NCBI GenBank assembly: GCA_002898295.1
Contig: BEHX01000008.1
Coordinates: forward strand, 4,506-68,505
From: a bacterium HR21
GTDB taxonomy: Bacteria > Bacteroidota > Ignavibacteria > Kapaibacteriales > HRBIN21
DNA: 64,000 bases
Direction of reading: 5' to 3'
Each line of letters begins with the position of its first letter. Within the stretch, counting starts at the first letter, position 1. Below, in pieces: positions 39,501 through 48,385 of the stretch. The position numbers and the translations under genes are program-made. A model generated the notes under the pieces. That model saw nothing but the letters and a program-made list of their open reading frames with translations. It was not told the DNA's origin and ran no database searches.

Positions 39501-39626
39501 GACCGTCAGCAGTGTCTCTGCTGGCACGAGCACCGCACGGATGGCATATGAAACCCCCTGCTGCCACTCTTGCGCTACCGCTCCACACAGCACGATACCC
39601 AGCAGGACACTCCACCGCAGGCGCAT
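36513..39626 (-). CDS. M1-family zinc aminopeptidase with C-terminal beta-barrel region
   Basis: Signal peptide; WQQGVSY, YRNASPDTL, GGMEYP, HEIGHNWY...DEGFNT (HExxH-x18-E), YPKTA; C-terminal strands ending in W. Confidence 0.85.
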   Translation of the reverse strand: MRLRWSVLLGIVLCGAVAQEWQQGVSYAIRAVLVPAETLLTVQTRMVYRNASPDTLRELYVHLYWNIFAPQSYARQLSRERRLERIPELPPVRIDSFVVIASTGERRTDFSVDNTIVRLPVPKPLAPGDSLVVLSSIAQKVPPEGLRMGRFEEDYFIANWFPSVCVYDRYGWHTEQYLGTGEFFEEIADFEVELTLPGTYCVVHTGVLLNPDEVFPDEVRQALQRARTQTQPVRIADFSARPLSDTALKTWRFRAERVRTVAWAAVRRYLWDAQQWDGILVHVLYPKRLESFYRDEGLRAAVHAVRYFSEHFGRYPYSDLVVIVGGTTGGMEYPGIVFIGRGLGGGVIAPWTVEVIMHEIGHNWYPMVVNSNETEFGFQDEGFNTFITTLALEAFYGRWAMGLRVPGWLRFLIPAADERTRNAVSTILWQLRGWDEPLLTRSDWYRTVAGYSVNSYPKTASLLFMLRGVLGQETFAELMQEYFRRYRFRHVYPEDFARLASEIALRREGQRVDLRWFFDRWFAQTPVLDYAFGGLRNVPVGPAGRAPTAGSLWDVTVALDRRGSAIMPVDVELLLATGQRYRLHFGVDEVLRGPRRVEKTIRLPAPAIRAVVDPDTVLLLDINRLNNSSGLFPPVRVRFFLEALSSDPVELSAYGISWQPALGFNNRDGLKLGVELRGAYLGFFHQFHLSVLQGMRVGPQAFNVLLRWGHLLWQLPGRPFLEALLARQDGWWRFRGGASWQLTPEPPSPWELTGRIAAGMWLQRTAEYAFPGSPLAARDRQRLLLLRAAARLRGDFPAGSLQLYGSLEPGWYAYGTTPVVPLATEWGFIRGTAELILQPDFPFPVVLRGALGGFLPSAPEFLPVPLGFRRASVAPLEELELPLYRAPGIVSPAARRSRTAPVGGAFLRGYVAQDTVVGSTLTALNVELGLSPLLRLLPGGALLSSLLEFRLFADGGAVGERWAPFREWLWDGGVSCSLQLMALMPTGSEVPLLQRLRIDELALDFPLYLSHPPAGERRWAFRWTVRFRSLLRTAVGW

Positions 39627-39638
39627 GGCGTCTCCGTC

Positions 39639-40304
39639 TCAGAAGCCTACCCCGGCATAGAGACCGAGGGACAGAACCCGAAGCTGCCGTAGCGGTTCGT
39701 TTTCCCGTAACGGTGGCTTGAGTTCCTCCCTGAGCACCGAGCGTGTCCCGAGCTGGAGCCGGACATCCACGAGCAGCCGCGCAGAGCGCCGGAGAGCAAG
39801 CTCCGTCCCTATGCCGGCAACGAATCCGAGATCTGCAGTGTGGAACGAAGCCCCCACCGGTCTCGGAACGGAGTTGGGGATTGCCTGCTCGAGCTCCCCG
39901 CTCAACCGGAATGCTGGGACGATCCCTAGCGCGGGGGCAAGCATGGAGCGCCCAACAGTAGTCGCTAAGCGTACCAGAAGCGGCAGCTCCACGTACGCCA
40001 AATCGTAGCGCAGCGTGTAGCCACCGCCCCCGAGCTGGATGTCCTGCTCCGTGGTCCGGCGAGTGTAGAGCACCTCCACCTGCAGCCCTAGTTCCCCACC
40101 GGTGAAGCGCCGGAGAGCGAACACGGCGAAGCCTCCAGCAGATAGATTCGCCTGCATACTGGCTCCCTCTGCGTCAGCCCCAACGAAGGTTGTCCCCACC
40201 ATCCCTACACGCAGTCCCTTGCGCTGCAAGGAAAACGGCCTGACATCCTGCGCCTGCGCGACAGCGGCAACCACTATGCACACCCCAATGCACCACCTCC
40301 ACAT
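39639..40304 (-). CDS. Porin-family / OMP_b-brl_2 outer-membrane protein
   Basis: Signal peptide, LQVEVLYT, LAYVELPLL, DLGFVAG, C-terminal GVGF. Confidence 0.8.
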   Translation of the reverse strand: MWRWCIGVCIVVAAVAQAQDVRPFSLQRKGLRVGMVGTTFVGADAEGASMQANLSAGGFAVFALRRFTGGELGLQVEVLYTRRTTEQDIQLGGGGYTLRYDLAYVELPLLVRLATTVGRSMLAPALGIVPAFRLSGELEQAIPNSVPRPVGASFHTADLGFVAGIGTELALRRSARLLVDVRLQLGTRSVLREELKPPLRENEPLRQLRVLSLGLYAGVGF

Positions 40305-40340
40305 GGACAGCCCTCTCGTGCATGACACATTTCGCCTGGA

Positions 40341-40348
40341 CAAAAATA
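40341..40348 (-). promoter_or_regulatory. TAnnTTTG promoter element TATTTTTG
   Basis: Consensus match upstream of OMP gene. Confidence 0.5.
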
Positions 40349-40437
40349 GCCGTCGGCAGGAAGGAAAGACGGCACGCCGCGATAAGGTTGCCAGGCATGC
40401 GTCTTTCTCCCTCGCAAGACATTAGGTACGCCGCACA

Positions 40438-41238
40438 ATGCGGGTAGCTCTCCCTTTCAGCCTTGCGCTCTGTACCCTCGGGCTTTTGGGGTTGCAGACT
40501 CCTCCATGCCCACCCGGTGAATGGACCCGCTGGGTTCCCAACGAGGCGTTCGGATTCGGGGAGCGTCTGGAATTCGATGTCAAGTACCGCTTCATCACTG
40601 CCGGGACTGCCTTCTTCCAGATTGCACCGCAGCCGCTCTACCGTCATGGGCGCCCCTGCTACGACATCCGTTTCGAAGTCCGCTCCGTCCCTGCCCTGGA
40701 TTGGCTCTATCGAGTGCGAGACACCTACCGCACGGTGGTTGATGTGGCAGGGCTTTTCCCGTATGAATTCGAGCAACGCCTGCGGGAAGGGAACTACCGC
40801 CGGGACTTCACCGCCCGTCTCGATCACGCCGCCTGCCGTGCATATACCTCCGATGGGGACTTCCCCATCCCCCGACACGTCCACGACATCGTTTCGGCAT
40901 TCTACTACGTCCGCACGCTCAACCTCTCGGCAATGCCCCGGGATACGGTCATCCGCCTGCAGAATTTCTACGGCACGAAGACCTACGATCTCGGCGTGCG
41001 CATCCACGGCAAGCAGATCGTCACAGTTGCCGCAGGCACCTTCCGCTGCGTTGTGGTCGAACCCCTCGTCGTCGAAGGTGGGCTCTTCAAAAGCGAGGGG
41101 CGTATCCTCATCTGGCTCAGCGACGATGAGCGGAAAATCCCCGTCAAGGTCGCTACCAAGGTACTCATCGGCACCATTGATGCCGAGCTCACCGGCTACT
41201 CCGGGCTCCGGGGACCACTGCTAGCAAAGCTGCGATGA
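40438..41238 (+). CDS. DUF3108 family secreted protein
   Basis: AFGFGERLEF, YRVRDTY, DIVSAFYYVR, IWLSDDERKIPVK. Confidence 0.85.
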   Translation: MRVALPFSLALCTLGLLGLQTPPCPPGEWTRWVPNEAFGFGERLEFDVKYRFITAGTAFFQIAPQPLYRHGRPCYDIRFEVRSVPALDWLYRVRDTYRTVVDVAGLFPYEFEQRLREGNYRRDFTARLDHAACRAYTSDGDFPIPRHVHDIVSAFYYVRTLNLSAMPRDTVIRLQNFYGTKTYDLGVRIHGKQIVTVAAGTFRCVVVEPLVVEGGLFKSEGRILIWLSDDERKIPVKVATKVLIGTIDAELTGYSGLRGPLLAKLR

Positions 41239-41822
41239 GTCCCTTTGGGCTGTGCATCCTCCTTGCGATGGCGAGTACCCTCGCCCGTGGCGAGGAGTTG
41301 CAGGAGCTCCGGCGCTTCTCCTCACGACTGCAGAGCATTGCGGTCGAAGCGCGTTCGGAAACGGGGATCGAAGTCGCTCTGCTCGCCGCTCGCGGGAATC
41401 GCTTCCGCCTCCAGTGGCAGGGACGGCTGGTGGTCTGCGACGGGAAGACGGTCTGGAACTACAGCCCCGAACACCGGCAGGTGGTCATCTCGGAGGCACG
41501 TCGGCTATCTGGCGGGCTGGAGCAGGTCTTCACAGCCTTCCTGGAGCATGCCCACCTGCGGATTGTGGAGCGTCGTGCCGATACGCTCCGCGTTGAATGC
41601 CTTCCGGCATCCTCTTCTCCATCGCTTGGATTCCGCTCCGCGGTGCTCACAGTGCGCCGGGGTGATTGGACTCCGCTAGCACTGGAGCTCCGCACCGAGG
41701 CAAGCACCCAGCGCTGGGAGCTCCGCAACTTCCGTGCAAACCCACCGGTGCGCCCTGAGGATTTCGCCTTTACCCCACCTCCAGGGACCGAAGTCATCCG
41801 GCTCACCCCGCCAGGGCAGTAA
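41235..41822 (+). CDS. lolA: Outer-membrane lipoprotein carrier LolA-like
   Basis: NRFRLQW..LVVCDGKTVWNYSP..QVVI; FAFTPPPGTEVI. Confidence 0.8.
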   Translation: MSPFGLCILLAMASTLARGEELQELRRFSSRLQSIAVEARSETGIEVALLAARGNRFRLQWQGRLVVCDGKTVWNYSPEHRQVVISEARRLSGGLEQVFTAFLEHAHLRIVERRADTLRVECLPASSSPSLGFRSAVLTVRRGDWTPLALELRTEASTQRWELRNFRANPPVRPEDFAFTPPPGTEVIRLTPPGQ

Positions 41823-41877
41823 GTGCTGCCAAAGCCGTATCTTGCTCGGCGCAATAGCCCCACAGCAGGAGGATGCT

Positions 41878-42108
41878 ATGGGTTCTGTCTTCAATGCCTG
41901 GTGTGACTCCTGTGGGAAGAATACCCCGCACACGCAGCACGCTTCGGGACTGGTCACCTGCAACGTCTGCGGAGCATCCACATCCGCTACTCCGACGGGC
42001 TGGATTACCGCCTACTGTCCACAGTGCGGCAAGCGGATCAGGCACATCGTCTCGGAGCTGGGCTACGCCACGTGCACCGTCTGCGGCAATCGCTGGAAGT
42101 ATCGCTGA
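41878..42108 (+). CDS. 76-aa tandem double zinc-ribbon microprotein
   Basis: AGGAGG SD at 41867-41872; four CxxCG motifs in two aligned repeats; fills gap exactly up to the convergent gene stop. Confidence 0.8.
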   Translation: MGSVFNAWCDSCGKNTPHTQHASGLVTCNVCGASTSATPTGWITAYCPQCGKRIRHIVSELGYATCTVCGNRWKYR

Positions 42109-43101
42109 CTACCACCGGCGGTGCCGAAGGTGCTCGAGGAGTTCCCGGAAAAGCTCCCGAGCCGGACCCGCTGGCAATTGCCCCAGGAGGGCAAAGGCAC
42201 GCTCGTAGTAGGCGATAATCAGTTGCTCCATTTCGCTGAGAATCCCCGTCCGTTGGAGGAGCTCGATGAGCTGCGGCACGGACGCCTCCTCCGCACCACG
42301 CCGGCGGCGATAGCGCTGCAGGAGCTCGTTGCCGGGGAGCAGCTCCAGAGCCCGCAGGATGGCATACGTGTATTTGCCCTCCCGAAGGTCTTGCCCGACT
42401 TGCTTGCCTGTCTGCTCTGTGTCCCCGACCAGGTCCAGAAGGTCATCCTGCAGTTGGAAAGCCCGTCCAAGCGGGACGGCAAGCTCTTCCAGCAATGCCC
42501 GAGTGCGGGGCGTTACCTCCCCGACGAGTGCCCCGAGCTGCATGGCAGTACGCAGGAGGGCAACCGTTTTACCATCGACAAGCTCCCAGTAGTGCTCAAG
42601 CTCCGGCTGCGGGTAGGCGGGCAGTTGCAAGTCCAGCGCCTGCCCCTCGGAGACCTCAATCAAGCCTTGCGTGAAGAGGGACACCATGCGGGCATAGAAT
42701 GGGCGCTCAGCATACCGCTCCAGTAGCCGGTATGCCAGCCCGATGAGCACATCGCCGGTGAGAATCGCCACTGCTTCTCCCCAGCGCTTATACACCGTCG
42801 GCTGTCCCCGGCGCAGTGGCGAACGATCCATGACGTCATCGTGCACGAGCGTGAAGGTGTGGATAACCTCCAGTGCTGCTGCCGCTGGCACGGCTTCCCA
42901 CGGAGAAGCCCCCTCAACTGCCGATGCTAGCAGGCACAGCAGTGGGCGGAACCGTTTCCCAGGAAGCTGGAGCACGTACGGGACAGTTTCCCGGAGCACG
43001 GTCGTGGAGCGTACGGAGTGGAGCACTTCCCGGAGGGCGTTGTCAACGGCTGTCCGGAACTGCGCGTACACTTCGTCCGCGGGGGCATCGTACCAGCTCA
43101 T
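42109..43101 (-). CDS. Polyprenyl diphosphate synthase (probably short-chain GGPP synthase)
   Basis: GKRFRP, FTLVHDDVMD..RRG (bulky F before FARM), GQALD, KT, FQLQDDLLD. Confidence 0.9.
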   Translation of the reverse strand: MSWYDAPADEVYAQFRTAVDNALREVLHSVRSTTVLRETVPYVLQLPGKRFRPLLCLLASAVEGASPWEAVPAAAALEVIHTFTLVHDDVMDRSPLRRGQPTVYKRWGEAVAILTGDVLIGLAYRLLERYAERPFYARMVSLFTQGLIEVSEGQALDLQLPAYPQPELEHYWELVDGKTVALLRTAMQLGALVGEVTPRTRALLEELAVPLGRAFQLQDDLLDLVGDTEQTGKQVGQDLREGKYTYAILRALELLPGNELLQRYRRRRGAEEASVPQLIELLQRTGILSEMEQLIIAYYERAFALLGQLPAGPARELFRELLEHLRHRRW

Positions 43102-44621
43102 GAGGTCTCCTCTGCCTGTTCCCTTTCCAGCGGCGTCCCTGACAGGAGAAGGGCTGCCGCAGCAAGGCTCGGCTCCGTGTCAGAATACGTCCGCACAACG
43201 GTAGCGACCGATCCCGGCAGCGGGACAAAGGGATTTCCCGCAAGGACTACCACGGTCGGCATCCGTTCGGCACAGCGGGCGAGCATACCATACCAGCGCG
43301 GCAGACCACGCTGGCTGCCCCGCGGGGGAACTAGCAGCAGGACCACTGCGTGGGTTGCTCCCGCTGCGGTATCGTAGAGCCGTTGCTCTTCCTCCGGGGT
43401 CACCCCCGGACTGACGTACGCCATATCGCAGCACAGACGCGTCTGCTGCGCTATGAGGCGAAAGAAGAAGGTTGCTTGCCCCATGAGAGTCTCCTCCGGC
43501 AGGCACGCCAGGAACAGCACGTGTGCATCAGCGGGCAGAGGGACAAGAGAGGTATTCCCGCTGATCTCCACGGCTGCCTGTGCCACTTGCAGTGCCAGCC
43601 GGACGTCGGCGAGGGTCTCCTCCAGCCCACTCTGCTCCGGAAATGGGGGGTCGGTGCGAAGCCAACGCCACCGCGCCAGACTCCGCCGCCGTTGCTCGAT
43701 GAGCTCCGGCTGCGTATTCAGCAGATGCTCTGCCGCTGCCAGTGCTTCTTCCACATCGGCAGGCATGAGCAAGATATCCACACCTGCCCGGAGGGCATAC
43801 TCAACCGCTTGCGCTGTGGTCCAGTGCTGGACGATGGCACCCATGTCCAAGGCATCGGTGAGCACCAGCCCGTCGTAGCCAAGCTCTTCCCGCAGGAGGG
43901 CGGTTGTCCGCGGGGAAAGCGATGCGGGCAGCTCCTCAATCCCGAGGGCGGGCACACGGAGATGCCCCACCATCACCCCGACAACTCCTGCAGCGAGCGC
44001 TTCCCGGAAAGGCTGCAGCTCCCGCTCCCAGAGTGTGGCACGGTCTGCCGTCACGGTGGGCAGCGCTTCGTGCGAATCCACCGTGACATCCCCATGCCCT
44101 GGGAAATGCTTCGCACAGGCACCGACACCCTCGTTCTGCGTGGCTTCAATCCAGGCACGGATGTGCACGCTTGCCTCTTGCGGAGTCTGCCCGAAAGCAC
44201 GGATGCCAATGACGGGATTAGCGGGGTTGGTAGTCACATCACAGACCGGAGCGAAATTCCACCCGATGCCCAGCTGCCGTGCCTGGCGGGCAATCACGCG
44301 GGCAACCGCTGCCGTCCACTCCGGACGCCCCGCCCGGGCAAGCGCGAAAGCCCGCGGAAATGCCGTCCCCCCGGCAAAGCGCATCGGGAGTCCGTACTCC
44401 AAGTCAGCAGCGAGGACCAAAGGCACGGAGGCTGCTGCCTGCACCTCGAGCGCAACCCGGGCAACCTCCTCTGGCGTCCCTCCGAATAGGCAGAACCCAC
44501 CGATGCCTTGCTCGACCCACCGCAGGACACGCTCCCGATAGGCGAGCTCTCGCCAGTACGCCGGGACGTCCAGTCGGGCAATGATACTGCGAGCAGCAAA
44601 CCAGCGCGCCGGGGCACTCAT
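43098..44621 (-). CDS. nagZ: GH3 beta-N-acetylhexosaminidase (NagZ-like, two-domain)
   Basis: ADLEYG, NFAPVCDV, KHFPGHGDVTVDSH, LTDALDM. Confidence 0.82.
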   Translation of the reverse strand: MSAPARWFAARSIIARLDVPAYWRELAYRERVLRWVEQGIGGFCLFGGTPEEVARVALEVQAAASVPLVLAADLEYGLPMRFAGGTAFPRAFALARAGRPEWTAAVARVIARQARQLGIGWNFAPVCDVTTNPANPVIGIRAFGQTPQEASVHIRAWIEATQNEGVGACAKHFPGHGDVTVDSHEALPTVTADRATLWERELQPFREALAAGVVGVMVGHLRVPALGIEELPASLSPRTTALLREELGYDGLVLTDALDMGAIVQHWTTAQAVEYALRAGVDILLMPADVEEALAAAEHLLNTQPELIEQRRRSLARWRWLRTDPPFPEQSGLEETLADVRLALQVAQAAVEISGNTSLVPLPADAHVLFLACLPEETLMGQATFFFRLIAQQTRLCCDMAYVSPGVTPEEEQRLYDTAAGATHAVVLLLVPPRGSQRGLPRWYGMLARCAERMPTVVVLAGNPFVPLPGSVATVVRTYSDTEPSLAAAALLLSGTPLEREQAEETS

Positions 44622-45100
44622 CCGTCCGCTATCAGGACCTGTTCGCCTTCGTACTGCCGAATGAGCACGCGGTAGGCGTCCTGGATACGCTCCGGACGGT
44701 GCGTTGCCGGATTCAAATGCACCATCACTGTCCGAGCCGCTGCCAGCAGTTCCCGGTCTGGCAGCCGGCGCACCAGCTGCTCAAAGCTCAGCGAGCTCCG
44801 CCCAACCGAGGCAATGCGGGTGAGCACCTCGTACTCGTCATCGAAGAGTGCCGCAAGGCGGTAGTCAATCTCGATGTGGGCAACCACGAAGCGGTGCTTC
44901 GTGATGAAGGTCTGCCGTTCGATGGGCAATCCCAAGGCGCGGAAGTACTCCACACGGGCGTTTTCCAGCCAGTAGAGGTAGACGGCGTTGTGGACGATAC
45001 CCTGGCGATCAACCTCGTGCGCACGGACACGTCCCAGGAGACGATGCGGGAAGCGCTCCGGTTCGGTACCTTGCCAGCGAGTGTCCTTCTGGTCTCCCAT
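44618..45100 (-). CDS. Acyl-CoA thioesterase (YbgC/4HBT family)
   Basis: EVDRQGIVHNAVYLYWLENARVEY. Confidence 0.9.
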   Translation of the reverse strand: MGDQKDTRWQGTEPERFPHRLLGRVRAHEVDRQGIVHNAVYLYWLENARVEYFRALGLPIERQTFITKHRFVVAHIEIDYRLAALFDDEYEVLTRIASVGRSSLSFEQLVRRLPDRELLAAARTVMVHLNPATHRPERIQDAYRVLIRQYEGEQVLIADG

Positions 45101-45111
45101 CGCTGGTCTCC

Positions 45112-46152
45112 CTAGGTTCCCACCAGCACCGAACGCGCAGCCCGGATGACGGCATGGGCTGCCTGGAGGGCTTGCTTGCGGTCAATGTGCAAATGGAAGA
45201 CAGCACGGGCAAATCCGGGCATTCCCTGGCTGAGCAACACGCCTTCCCGTCGGCATGCCTCAGCAAAGGCAGCAAAGGGAACATGCGCCGGATAGCGGAA
45301 GACGACAATATTGGTCTGTACCCGATCCAACTCCAGCTCAAAGAGCGCTGATTCAGCCAAGAGCCGGGCAAAGAGCAGCGCATTCTCGTGGTCCTCGCAG
45401 AGGCGCTCACGATGGTGCTGGAGTGCATAGAGCGCTGCTGCTGCTAAAATACCTGCTTGGCGCATTCCGCCCCCGAGGATTTTGCGCCATCGGCGTGCCT
45501 CTTCGATAAAGGCGCGGCTGCCCACAAGCGCTGAGCCAACAGGTGCTCCCAACCCCTTGGAGAAGCTCACCATAAGGCTGTCGAACGGCTCGGCATATTG
45601 CCGGGGTTCCAGTCCCGTTGCGGCACACGCGTTCCATAGCCGTGCCCCATCGCAGTGGAGAGCGATGTTGTGGCGCTGAGCCAGGTGCGCCACCGCCTCG
45701 ATGTAGTCCAGCGGCAGAATCGTTCCCCCGTGCCGGTTGTGCGTGTTCTCCAGGCAGATCAGCGCCGTCCGCGGGAAGTAGTATGCCGGTGGGCGGATCG
45801 CTTGCTCCAGCGCTGCCAGCGGCATTTGCCCTCGTTGCGAAGGGATACAGAAGAGCTGCACCCGGGCAATGAGCGCTGGCGCTGCAGTCTCGTAGGTAAA
45901 AATGTGCGAGGCTGCTTCCACAATCACCTCCTCTCCGGGGCGGCAATGGACAGCAAGCGCAATCTGATTCCCCATCACCCCGCTGGGGACGAAGAGTGCC
46001 GCCTCCTTCCCCAATAACTCGGCGACAAACTCCTGCAGGGCATTGACCGAAGGGTCCTCCCCGAAGACATCATCGCCGACGGGCGCCTGCGCCATCACAC
46101 GGCGCATCTCCTCGGTAGGCTGCGTGACAGTATCACTCCGCAAGTCAATCAT
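45112..46152 (-). CDS. ltaE: Low-specificity L-threonine aldolase
   Basis: [55 protein letters not shown]. Confidence 0.95.
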   Translation of the reverse strand: MIDLRSDTVTQPTEEMRRVMAQAPVGDDVFGEDPSVNALQEFVAELLGKEAALFVPSGVMGNQIALAVHCRPGEEVIVEAASHIFTYETAAPALIARVQLFCIPSQRGQMPLAALEQAIRPPAYYFPRTALICLENTHNRHGGTILPLDYIEAVAHLAQRHNIALHCDGARLWNACAATGLEPRQYAEPFDSLMVSFSKGLGAPVGSALVGSRAFIEEARRWRKILGGGMRQAGILAAAALYALQHHRERLCEDHENALLFARLLAESALFELELDRVQTNIVVFRYPAHVPFAAFAEACRREGVLLSQGMPGFARAVFHLHIDRKQALQAAHAVIRAARSVLVGT

Positions 46153-46175
46153 GACCCAGGCAGCACGAATGCCTA

Positions 46176-46183
46176 CAAAGATA
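46176..46183 (-). promoter_or_regulatory. TAnnTTTG promoter element TATCTTTG
   Basis: Consensus match upstream of ltaE. Confidence 0.5.
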
Positions 46184-46185
46184 CC

Positions 46186-46218
46186 GCAGCCGCTCGGAGA
46201 ACTCTCCCCGAGCGCTGC
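46186..46218 (-). terminator. GC hairpin after epimerase gene (possible terminator)
   Basis: GCAGC(C)GCTCGG...CCGAGCGCTGC stem; weak U-tract. Confidence 0.35.
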
Positions 46219-46226
46219 TGACTGGC

Positions 46227-47219
46227 TCATATCAGGTAGTCCTCCGGGCGGTATTGCGACACGTGCGCTACAAACCAGGCAATGGTTTCCCTGAGCCCCT
46301 GCTCAAGGCTATAGCGGGGCGCCCAGCCCAGACGCTGGCGTGCTTTGCGGCTATCGGCACAGAGGCGGTAGACCTCGCCCTGTTCTGGACGCATCCGCCG
46401 TTCCTCCTGCCGCACTGGCAGCTCGGGCTTGTCCAGCAGCGCACAGAGTGTACGGCATAGCTTCTCAATGCTGATCTCGTGCCCGGTCCCAACGTTGAAA
46501 CTCTCCCCAACCACTCCTTCTGCCGGTGCCCGAAGGCAGGCAAGGAAGGCAGCGACGGTATCGGCAACGTAGAGCAAGTCGCGCGTGGTCTCCAGCCGCC
46601 CCAGCCGAATTTCCTCCCGCTGGAGCGCTTGCAGGAGAATCGTCGGGACAACCGCTCGCGGTGTCTGCCGAGGACCGTAGGTGTTGAACGGGCGGAGGAT
46701 GACCACGGGTAAGCCATAGGTGTGGAAGAAGCTCTCGGCAAGCTTATCGGCGGCGACTTTACTGGCAGCGTAAGGTGAGCGCGGTCGCAGTGGATGCCCT
46801 TCGTCCATCGGCACATACTGCGCTGTCCCGAAAACCTCGCTCGTTGAGGTCACCACGACACGCTCCACGCTCTCCTCTTCCAGAAGGGCAGAGAGCACAT
46901 TGAGCGTCCCGGTGACATTGGTCTCCACCACCTCGCGGGGATGTACGGCAGAGTACGGGATGCTGATGCAAGCTGCCAAATGCAGCACGTACGGACATCC
47001 CCGACAGGCGCGGCGGACAGCATCGGCGTCGCGCACATCCCCGCGGACGAGTTCGAGCTCGGAGAGCACCTCCGGGGCAACCCACCGCAGATTCCCCAGG
47101 CTGCCGTCAGAGACGTACCGCACAAAAGCACGCACCTGGTAACCTTCGCGCACGAGCGCCTCAACCAGATGGCTCCCAATAAAGCCTGCAGCACCAGTGA
47201 CCAGCACACGTTCGGGCAT
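46227..47219 (-). CDS. NAD-dependent nucleotide-sugar 4,6-dehydratase (LegB-like)
   Basis: [52 protein letters not shown]. Confidence 0.85.
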   Translation of the reverse strand: MPERVLVTGAAGFIGSHLVEALVREGYQVRAFVRYVSDGSLGNLRWVAPEVLSELELVRGDVRDADAVRRACRGCPYVLHLAACISIPYSAVHPREVVETNVTGTLNVLSALLEEESVERVVVTSTSEVFGTAQYVPMDEGHPLRPRSPYAASKVAADKLAESFFHTYGLPVVILRPFNTYGPRQTPRAVVPTILLQALQREEIRLGRLETTRDLLYVADTVAAFLACLRAPAEGVVGESFNVGTGHEISIEKLCRTLCALLDKPELPVRQEERRMRPEQGEVYRLCADSRKARQRLGWAPRYSLEQGLRETIAWFVAHVSQYRPEDYLI

Positions 47220-47224
47220 CTTCC

Positions 47225-48376
47225 CTACGGACTCAGCAAACTACGGTAGAGCTCGAGGCATCGCCGTGCCAGTACGGACCAGTCCAGCCCCTGAGCCGCG
47301 CGCAGGGCATTGCAGCGCATCTGGTAGCGTCCTTCCCGGTCCTGCAGCATCCTCTGCAGCGCTGCTGCCAGTGCCCGCTCATCCGCCGGGGGCACGACCA
47401 GTCCAGCACCGAAGTCCTCTACCAGGTCCTGAGCCCCATTGGTGTGGCAGATAACCAGTGGTAATCCGGCAGCGAGTGCATCAGCGCAGGAGAGTTCGAA
47501 CCCTCCGCTGAGTGCCGGCGCTACGTAGACATCCGCAGCCACGAAGCGGCGAACCAACGCCTCCGGAGGCTGCAGCGGGACCCCGTGCTCATCGTGTTCG
47601 AGCGGTATTTCTCCGAGCAACTCCACCGGTGCCGGGACCTGCCCCGAGCGCAAGGCGTCCGTTCCCACTCCTGCAACCCAGAGCCGCCATCCACGGGGAT
47701 AGTGCTGGAACAGATGCGCAGCAGCCCGCAGCAGAACCACTAATCCCTTCACAGGGCTGAGCCGGCTCACGGTGAGGAAAACCACTTCCTCAGCACTGAC
47801 GCCGAAGGCGCGCCGGAGCGCCTCGCGGTCCCAGCCTTGGAAGCGCTGGAGGTGTGTGCCATTCGGCAAAAAGAACGCCCGCTGCGCTGCCTCCGGAGCC
47901 AGCACAGCCAGCTCGCGCTGCATCAGACGGCTGCTGACCGTCAGCGCCGCCGCACGTCTGACCGTGCTCTGAATGCGCCGTTCCACACGGCGGGAGAGCC
48001 GCAGCCCATACCCGAGCGGCTCGTAGAGGTGGATGTCCGCCCCCTGGGGGGTCACCACCACCGGCACCCGCATCCAGCGTCCAAAGCGGCAGGCATCGTA
48101 TCCTGCCGGATAGAGCATCTGGGCGTGGAGAAGCTCATACGGGCGATGGCGGTGTAGCCGTGCCAGCGCCGCCCACGCACGGAGCGCTCGCGGCACCCCA
48201 CGCCACGACGGCAGCGGCACGATCCGATACGGCACCTCTACTCCCAGCGGCTGCCGTGGGACGACCACGCTGACCTCAACACCGAGCTCCGTGAGCGCTC
48301 GTGCAAGGTGATGAACAGCGATCTCCACCCCACCGATCCGTGGCAGAAAGTGGTATGTCAGCAAGGCGATGTGCAT
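47225..48376 (-). CDS. Glycosyltransferase family 4
   Basis: PRIGGVE, VVTPQGADI, VSRLSPVKG, DALAAGLP, GLVVPPAD. Confidence 0.88.
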   Translation of the reverse strand: MHIALLTYHFLPRIGGVEIAVHHLARALTELGVEVSVVVPRQPLGVEVPYRIVPLPSWRGVPRALRAWAALARLHRHRPYELLHAQMLYPAGYDACRFGRWMRVPVVVTPQGADIHLYEPLGYGLRLSRRVERRIQSTVRRAAALTVSSRLMQRELAVLAPEAAQRAFFLPNGTHLQRFQGWDREALRRAFGVSAEEVVFLTVSRLSPVKGLVVLLRAAAHLFQHYPRGWRLWVAGVGTDALRSGQVPAPVELLGEIPLEHDEHGVPLQPPEALVRRFVAADVYVAPALSGGFELSCADALAAGLPLVICHTNGAQDLVEDFGAGLVVPPADERALAAALQRMLQDREGRYQMRCNALRAAQGLDWSVLARRCLELYRSLLSP

Positions 48377-48385
48377 CCGGTGCGT

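Noticed and set aside
47225-48376. GT4 as BshA (given nearby Brx)
   Set aside because: Lacks BshA hallmarks (GGSGVVATELG, HYAIPHA, TLHGTD, ESFG)
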